Assembly: GCA_051294905.1 (NCBI GenBank)
Contig: CM119371.1
Location: forward strand, 25,918,001 to 25,978,000
DNA length: 60,000 nucleotides
Direction: 5' to 3'
DNA from: Botryllus schlosseri
Taxonomy: Eukaryota
The notes under the pieces were generated by a model that saw only the letters and a program-made list of their open reading frames with translations, did no database searches and had not been told where the DNA came from. This document shows, in pieces, positions 51,748 through 60,000 of the stretch. The position numbers and the translations under genes were made by a program. The first letter of the stretch is position 1; every line of letters starts with the position of its first letter.

Positions 51748-52734
51748 AGGCTGTAATGACTTGAGTCGCGATTTTTTGGTGACTCAACTCGACTCTGGAC
51801 TCAAATAGAGTCAATTTTTGTATCGACTCGACATTGCGCACGACTGGAGCATAGGATGGTCAAGACCAGGGTTGTAACCAAGTCACAATGCTCCGAGTCA
51901 CGAGTCAATCTCACTTTTATAGTTTTGACTCGAGTCAAGTCGAGTAATTTTCAATTCACCACCGAGTCAAGTCCGAGTCCAAGTCAGTGAGCGAAGGGTT
52001 GAGTCCCAGTCATGGTATTATGACTCGAGTCGAGTCCAAGTCATTGTGTTAACTGACCAGTTTCCAGTTAAAATCTTGCTAAATCCACTTTTTATAACTA
52101 TGTTTGGTGATATCGTATGGTTCGAATTTATAATACACTAATTTACTCATTTTTAGCAGTTTCTGGTCGCATTTTCAAATACCAGTGCCAATAGACAAAA
52201 TCCCAATAGTGTGGTTGCTTTACAATTCTCCGAAATTACAATGATATGTCGGTCTTGGCCGTCTGAGTCTCGAGTCATGCGCAATGACTCGAGTCCAAGT
52301 CGAGTCAATATACAGATTGACTCGAGTCGAGTCATTTCCGTGTTTTGAGAAAATGACTCGAGTCGAGTCATGACTCGAGTCATTACAACCCTGGTCAAGA
52401 CAGACATTTCATTGTAACTTCGGAGAATAGTCAAGTCACCACGTTATTGGTATCTAGCCTACAAGTCCTGATGCTTAGAAAATAGGGCCGGAAACTGTTA
52501 GGACTGAGGAAAATCACGATATCATGAATGCGAACCATGCTATATCACTCGAGCATGGTTGAAAAAGTGGGTTGAACTGAAAACTGTGAGCATAACGACT
52601 TGGACTCGGACTTGACTCGGTGGTGAATTGAAAATGACTCGACTTGACTCGAGTGAAAACTATAGAAATGAGATTGACTTGTGACTCGAAAGCTTGTGAC
52701 TTGGTTACAACCCTGTATCAAATCATTGAGTTCA
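51748..52734. mobile_element. GACTCGAGTC-rich MITE (-) with a second copy of the same family (51867-52393, +) inserted in it
   Basis: Inner copy has cagggttgta / tacaaccctg ends and perfect TSD gtcaagac. Confidence 0.85.
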
Positions 52735-53019
52735 TACTCAAATAAGCATGAGGATGGCAAATGTCTGTACAGCACAATACAGTTGCCTCTTGCATTTTCG
52801 GGAAAACTAGAAATTAGATTAAAACTCACATGATATCATAGAAACATTTCACAAATTAGATTAGAATTAGGTCGGAGAAACATTTACCGAATTAGATTAC
52901 AGGCATTTCGCTCTAATTAGTGTAATTAGACAACTACAATTACTTAGTTCTCCAAGAATGCTTCTAGCGACGAATCCACTAGTAACCATTGCAACAATTG
53001 TAGCCTAAATAGCGTGACA

Positions 53020-53497
53020 AAGGGTTGTAACCAAGTCACAAGCTTCCGAGTCACAAGTCAATCTCACTTTTATAGTTATGATTCGAGTCAAGTCGAGACA
53101 TTTTCAATTCACCGCAGAGTGACGTCCGAGTCCAAGTCAGCGAGTAGCGGGTCGAGTCCGAGTCATAGTTTTGTGACTCGAGTCCGAGTCCAAGTCATTT
53201 TGTTCACTATTCAGTTTTGAATTCAATCCGGTTCAACCAACTTTTTCAAATCTGCTCGAGTGATATAGAATGGCTCGCATTCACAATATCGTAATTTTCC
53301 TCAGTCCCAACAGTTTCTGGCCCCATTTTCCAAGTATCAGGACTGATAGACGAAATACGAATCATGCGGTGACCTCACTATCCTTCGATGTTACAATGAA
53401 ATGTCGGTCTTGGAGGCCTGGTCTCGAGTCATACACAATGACACAAGTACAAGTCGAGTTAATACAAAAATTGACTCCAGTCGAGTCATTACAACCA
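53020..53497 (+). mobile_element. GACTCGAGTC-rich MITE at the position paralogous to 820-1437
   Basis: Shared flanks ttctagcgac..cactagtaaccat and caaccat.acgagac. Confidence 0.75.
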
Positions 53498-53585
53498 TCA
53501 CGAGACATGAAAGAATGTACCAAAGCAGCATGCTCAAAATTGTAAGTATTATTCTGTTATCTATACGTATCTAACATATACACAC

Positions 53586-53963
53586 CTCTTTTCTTTCAGT
53601 GCTGCCAGCCAGACTTCGTAACTGACAGTGGCCGTGGCCACACAGAACCAACTGCCATAAAACTGCTTATGGCTATCGGCCGTCCTGGCCCCTCCGCATT
53701 TACTGCATACAGAGAGCCTTGTTCGCGGTTTGTATCTCGGTCGACACGTGAGGCCGGCCTCTTCTTTAGCGGCACGTTTCTTCCAGTATGATAGTGTGGA
53801 GCGTGATTTGGCGCCACTCAGCAGAATCTGCACGAACTCTTCTTCTAATGCGGGCGGCTGCGTCGGCGGTGTGTGTTGGGGCGGAGCCGTGGTATCGTTT
53901 GGTGTGGACGAAGGTTGCTTCTGTTTCGGGACATCTTTCTCTGTTCCAGTCTGTTTCATGTAC
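53586..53963 (-). CDS. Gene C exon 2 (378 nt, phase 2-2), Cx2Cx8Hx8C zinc finger
   Basis: Acceptor attttcag at 53966-53964; donor GTGTGT at 53585; CSKCGGARTADSHKQFYGSWFC. Confidence 0.82.
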
Positions 53964-54074
53964 CTGAAAATATAGCTAGGTTAGAACGTGTTAGCTAGCC
54001 ACTTTTTAAATTTTGTGGTGGCCGCATAAATTCAATATCGATATTAAGTAGGCAGCCACGTTTTCAAACTCTAC

Positions 54075-54630
54075 GTGCTTCCCGCACGTCAACAAAGCAA
54101 AGTAGTTTACAAATTAAGAGTCACTGTGATTGCGGCTACGTGGGAAGAACGTCAAAGAGGTTGCAGGAGCGTATAAATCCACATACCCCTAGCTAGATTC
54201 AACAGAACACGCTCGGCGAAAAGCTCACCCTCAACTCATCCGCTCAAGATTGACGCGGAACAATCAAGGGCCATAAATTCTGCAATTGGCAAGCACTTGT
54301 TGGATAATCCCGCCTGTGCGAAAAATTATCGAGACGACAGATTTCGCATACTCGGAAAGGGTCGCTCACACTTTCGTTTGTGTGCCTTGGAGTCGACTTT
54401 TATCAAAGTACACCAGCCAATGCTTTGTCAACATAAAAGAGTTTGTGTATCATCTAAAAATAGAGCGCTCTCGCTCGTATTCGAAATTTCATGCTGGTGA
54501 CGTCATATTCTGTGCCACGATTGTTGATATACGATGTATTTTTGAATTCTCTACTAGTTGCTGACGATTACCCCTGACGAGTGTCAGCCGAAAATATTCG
54601 GGTTCATTTCAATATGAATATACTATTCAA
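54075..54630 (+). mobile_element. 5'-truncated Penelope-like element: frameshifted GIY-YIG endonuclease plus pLTR
   Basis: SKVVYK..HCDCGYVGRTSKRLQERI..SAIGKHLLDNPACAKNY..FRIL..LESTFIK..P.LCQHK, followed by a pLTR matching 2140-2220. Confidence 0.85.
54570..54603 (+). ncRNA. Minimal type I hammerhead ribozyme motif
   Basis: Identical to 2160-2193; lies just downstream of the GIY-YIG remnant. Confidence 0.72.
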
Positions 54631-55752
54631 CTCTACGTCAGTACAATGCTGTGCTACCTGGCGATGGATATAGTGACCACAAAAGATGTAATATTTTAAT
54701 GAAGGAACAAAAATACCACAAAGGATCAGGGTCAGGGCGATCAATTTCATTTGGTTTAAACTCTGAGCTGTACACAATACCTGGAAACGCTTTTGGGGGC
54801 TAGCAAGCAGAAAGACGATCTCCGCGTAAAGCTTGATTTTCTGGAGAAGCCCTAAGCCAGCGGTTCTCAAACCTTTTTAGACATGACCCTTTATGACACT
54901 CAAGAATTTCGAGCCCTCCTTATCGTCATATCACAAAATGCATCTGTAATGCTAGCAATCCCAACCGATAGTTTGATGGTCAAGTCAAGTCAAGTCACGA
55001 GTCAAGTCAAATTGAATTTTTGAAGTACGAGTGATGATTCAAAGTCATTACATTTTGCTATCTGTGTGAAAGACTAATCATTATCTTAATCAAATAATGA
55101 ATATCTAGTTAAATATGCATGCAAAAAGACGGTATATCCCTCACGCACACGTAGAACTGCTAATAAAGTACGTGAGTAACTGCAGTCTACAGCTACATAC
55201 TACAGTCAGTTCTTATCAGCCAAAATATAGGACCTAATACGAAGCTTCGAAAATTTGAAACAAATTGATACCGTACAATAGCGAAGACTACTCATCTACA
55301 CTTCGATCAGAATATAAACGCACCCAATATATTCGTTCGATTTAAATCATACAAGAGGATTGGTAAATGTGAGCACTGGGCAACGTAAGCATTGAGCCGT
55401 CTAAGAAAGAGAGACATATTGCTACTTAGATTAATTTTCTACATTGCGATCAATGTATTTGTGATCGAACAATGGAGGAACCTTGTAACGTACAATCAGT
55501 GAATGACTGGTTGTTCTCACAAGTTACACCGGCGTATCTTGAACAATCCGAACATACACAAGACACAGTGATTTATTCGACACCGCTTACTTAACGACTT
55601 GAAAATGACTCGTAAATTTTGCTCCGAGTCACGAGTCAATGCACATTTTCGAAGCTCCGAGTCAAGTCAAGTCAAGTCATTTTTCCAAAGTGACTCGAGT
55701 CAACTCATGACTCGAATCATCCCAACATTGCTATCGAGTAACCACAACTTAC

Positions 55753-58076
55753 TTTCGCACATCCCCTTCACTCAAAGATACACTGCAATCTCTTAAATGG
55801 GGCAGAGAGTCGGCTGACGTGGAAGCTTTTTCATTTCCTGGAATGTCATCGGACCTGACTGAACCTTCAGCGGAGGTTATCTCGTTATCGACAGGTTCGT
55901 CATTGCTGACCACTTGGTCCGAGGATGAACTTGTGCTTATATCTTCAAGCGGGACCAAAACGGTATCATTTGTCAGCATATCTCCATCGCTAACAGTCAC
56001 ACACTCTGTCAGGCCAATGCCTTCGTCTTCCATTTCCTGGCTTTTATCCCGATTGGACAGAATCGCTTGCCCATTTTCATCCAATAACGGAAACAAAGGA
56101 TTTCCAGATTGGTTGTATAGGTACTCCACACCGATGAGCTCACCAGTGTATTGCCCAATCACGGCAGGAGCAGGACATAATTCCATTCCGAAAGTTTCCA
56201 TACCAATTGAGTGAACAGCGTATGACAAGAGCCCGCTATAACTACGAAGCCTACTCTTGGAATTGCCTGTAACCGCATTGGCAGCACGGTCTTTGTTCCA
56301 TCTGAACATTCCCTCCAAAAGATAAGCCTGAAAATGTTCTGGGTTAGCACACCGTCCGGGTATAAATCCGTTGAGTTGAGCGTGAAAAGAATCCAAAGAA
56401 GCGGTTCTGACGCAGAGGTACATCGGCAATGCAACACCGCCCTTTTTGAGTGTGCCAGTCCGTGTATACAGCGGCACGTCCTTGGGATCAATAACACATT
56501 GAAAATGCTTTTGTTCTACATCCCAAATCTTCCAAATTCGCGAGAAATCAAATAAGGGAACTCCATGCGTGTCATTACCTTTAGGGCTCGCAAACATTTT
56601 GATCAAATCGTAAACGAGCGACTCGATAATTTCAGGTCGTCTAGTTATTCGACGACAATGCAGATCTTTCTCTTTCTTCGTAATGCGTTGAATCACGTCT
56701 TTCTCCGACGGGTTCGGAATGAGCTCAGCTAACATCTCACATCTTTTTGCCTCTTTCAAAAGACTCCAATCTTCTTTCGATAACTGAAAGAAGCAATCGG
56801 TGAGCCTATCCATAAATTCGGTGTACAGTGGGTGCGATTTTGTAGTGCATCCGTTTGTAAACCGAGTCATAAAATGTAAAATGTCCAGACGTACTATCAG
56901 ATTCGGCCAATTTTCGAAAAGCTTACAGAGATGCTGGTGTTCACTGCCGCAACATCCTCGTTTGACATAAAGGACTTTCGGCGGGCTAACGTGAGCATCT
57001 GAATATCGCTTCATTAACCCTGCTGCCATGTCAACGAGACCGTCCCCTTCAGCACACGTTAAAACACACATTAAAACCTGCCCGTTTTCGTTACCGACAC
57101 TCACGGCGCATTCAGCAGTATCTCTCGCCTCACCTCCTAGCTTTTTAGTTACTTTTATGGTGGAATCCATTCTGATGATGGACCCAAACGTTGACGTAAT
57201 CGATGACTTTATCTCGTCAAGTCTGGAAAAAACATCTTCGAGATATGCGGTCTGAAGCCACTGCGCTGTATGAACAGGTTTGAAATCAGGTGGCTGCATA
57301 AACTCGGGGCAAAATCCTTGCGTCCCATTATCATACGCTTTTTTGTAATTTCTACAGTCAGTCAGATAACGCAACAGTTTTTGATAGTATTTCTCCGTGT
57401 GTTGCTCGGAAAGCGTTTTATACAGCAGAGTGGGACTATTACCCGAGGTCCTTTCACGCCAAGGTCTTATGACTCTCACGTCGCACGCGTGTTTGTATGT
57501 CACCAACGCAGGGAACTGTAATCTACGGTCAATCTTGAGCTGAGAAAGGATTGCACTATCCCAGGCAGCGACTTTTGTTTTACAGTTGATGCATTCAAGA
57601 TATTCGGTAGCCAAGTTGTAATAGCTGTCGACGTCTAGCACTTGTCGTACTGTTTTGTAGACGCCGGCGCTTGTGAGATCTTTTCCACAATTTGCCCGGG
57701 TACAAATCAACTTGCATCTCCAAAGTTTTCGCGGCATCCATAAAAAAAGCGACTGCGCAAAGTACAGTGTTGGTCGAGGCACTTCACTACAAATTAACGG
57801 TACTTGAGGTGGATGCCAACAAAGTTTGTCGACACGCGAGAAGTCCATTTCAGGTTTGCCCGTCTTGGCGTTGGTCTTGAACAGCGCGCCGGACACCCAA
57901 GCGTGGTCTGCGATTGGTAAAGACTTTCGCCATCCCTTAGGCAGAGCGCAGTTTGATATCGAAGAAGAGCAGTCGCACATAGGTTGACTTTCTTGGCTCG
58001 GAGAGCCACTCTTAGTGTGCACTGCTTCGATGTCGTGAGATAGTTCGCACGCGGCCGTGTTATCCTGAGATTGCAT
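55753..58076 (-). CDS. Gene C exon 1: DUF6729-type transposase-like protein (predicted spliced product 1051 aa; alternative ATG at 58112)
   Basis: Intact ORF colinear with gene B; donor AA|GTAAG at 55752; conserved upstream acceptor at 58163-58161. Confidence 0.85.
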
Positions 58077-59705
58077 CTTATCGTGGACAACGGGCAGATG
58101 ACGAGATAGCATGCGAAAAATCAGCAATTTGTAAAGTATGTTACTGGTACTGATAAATGCCTGTACATGTACAATGAGGGAAGAGACAATGTGCATTGTT
58201 GCGTAAAATATGTTTCCGAGTCGAGGATCAAGATTCGAGTTCAGTCGCGTAGCCGTGTGATGTCATACAACGATACCAGTAAATGTTACAACAGGAAATT
58301 TGAACAACCCTAGAGTCACAGCTTGAAAGTGACAATGCCATTGGTGAATCAGTGAAGCACAGAAATGTAGCTTCTACACAACTGCGCAGCTTGTAGAACA
58401 TGCCCAGTTACAGTTACAAGAGAGCGAGATTGTGAGCTTCCGAAAGTGGGAAAAAAATTATCGAAACTATATTTTTGGTTAAAAAATAACTGTAGCTCGA
58501 AGGGGGTATGATTTTGTTACTCGGAAACATCTAGTCTCACTATTCGACTTAAATCATCACAATTAATTTTCGACTCATCGGAGAGTACTCGAATCACACC
58601 TCTGACTGGCCAATATGGAATTGTTGTCTCGTGCGCACCAAAGATTCTACCGACTACACACAGGTGTGACGGTAAAAACCATTGCGGCACACCAAATCAG
58701 GGTTGTAACCAAGTCACATGGTTCCGAGTCACGAGTCAATCTTACTTTTGTGGTTTTGACTCGAGTCAAGTCGAGTCATTTTCAATTCATCACCGACTCG
58801 AGTCCGAGTCCAAGTCACCGTTTAAAGGAGGGGGGGGCAACATACGGCCCGCGGGCCGGATCCGGCCCGCGAAGGGATTTTGTCCGGCCCGCGGACAGTT
58901 TTTCGTCTTACATGATAATGTGGCCCGCCGGCCCCAGTCTTCCGAGATTCCCCACTACTTGCTCACATACATTTTAGTGATTGTATGTTTTTATACATAT
59001 GTATGTACAGCAAGCGAGGGTGGAGCTTACGCGTAAGTTCGTCGAAGCGAGAAGACTTGCATTATCGGCATTTATGATGTACTGAACCCTAATGTCATTT
59101 GTGGTAATAATGGTGTTTGTCGACGACAATGGTCATTTACACCAGACCGATATTTCTTATTTTTGATTCCGTAACCGCCGACTTGTAGCACGGCGCACAC
59201 TTCTAGGCTTTTGTAAGACACCAATTATGCCAGGTGTCGCCAACTGAAAACGGGTCGCTGGCCAATTTCAAATTTCGAGGCCGCGACAGGCACGAATTCA
59301 ATATCGAGATAGACAGGCCGCACAGTTTAACAACCACGCTATGTCGTCACCTACGTAACCCTAATGCAGTGTTTCTCAACCCCGAGTCCGCGGACTCATT
59401 TGAGTCCGCGGAAGGTCCTTGGTGAGTCCGCGAGCACAGGAATTTTTGGTAACTTAATCGGCACACACAGTTGACAGATTGTGGACCTAGTATTTCCTCG
59501 TGTTTTTCAATGGGAAGACGCCAGTCTCATAGCGAATTCAATAGTTTAGGTATCGATAAAACCTTAAGAAACGATCGTGGATCCTCATTTAGGGGTCTAC
59601 TTACTTGATTTCAGATTGAGAAGTCTAAAATCCACGGAAATATCAAAATTTTTATTCTTTTCTTCAACTTCCGATATGATTTCGGAACGTGTAATTGACA
59701 GACCT

Positions 59706-59789
59706 ACGGGGCTCGTTCACTTTCGGACCAAAGTCATTGCAGCCTTACGGAGAAAATAGCTTTTTGGTCCGAAAGTGAACGAGCCCCGT
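59706..59789. repeat. Perfect 27-bp inverted repeat with a 30-nt spacer
   Basis: acggggctcgttcactttcggaccaaa / tttggtccgaaagtgaacgagccccgt. Confidence 0.9.
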
Positions 59790-60000
59790 CCTGGTCCGGT
59801 TTCGTCAAATTCCGATTTTAGATTAGGCTGCATGATTCGCAAAATACCTATTTTGAAATGTTTGTAACCTTAATAGCTGTCATAAAAAATGCATAGATAT
59901 GCATTATATATGTGACTGGCGGCACTCAACTGGAATAGTGCTTTCAGAACTACATTCATTGCAGTAGAATTTATTACCTCGGTGGCTTTCCGGGTTTTCC

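Noticed and set aside
58077..58196. GTG/TTG starts given by the ORF track for the two large ORFs (58196, 28987)
   Set aside because: Non-ATG starts; the C extension crosses a conserved splice acceptor, and the first ATG shared by both paralogs is MQSQDNT

Overview
This is eukaryotic (metazoan, invertebrate-like) DNA, intron-containing and very rich in transposons. Its backbone is a tandem array of three paralogous minus-strand units spaced about 27-31 kb apart. Units B (28939->20530) and C (58076->51151) are three-exon genes: one large exon encodes a DUF6729-type, DDE/DxxH transposase-like domain whose predicted catalytic residues look substituted, followed by phase-2 exons that each carry a C-x2-C-x8-H-x8-C zinc finger. 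They look like domesticated transposases. Unit A (6730->2643, continuing off the window) has lost the transposase domain but keeps an in-frame spliced zinc-finger product, apparently through a new ATG|GT micro-exon. Introns and spacers are filled with nested hAT, piggyBac, pogo and PIF-like MITEs, CR1/L2-type LINE fragments, tRNA-derived SINEs and Penelope-like elements whose pseudo-LTRs carry minimal hammerhead ribozyme motifs. One MITE carries a fold-back of telomere-like repeats. Family names come from recalled motifs, not from database searches.
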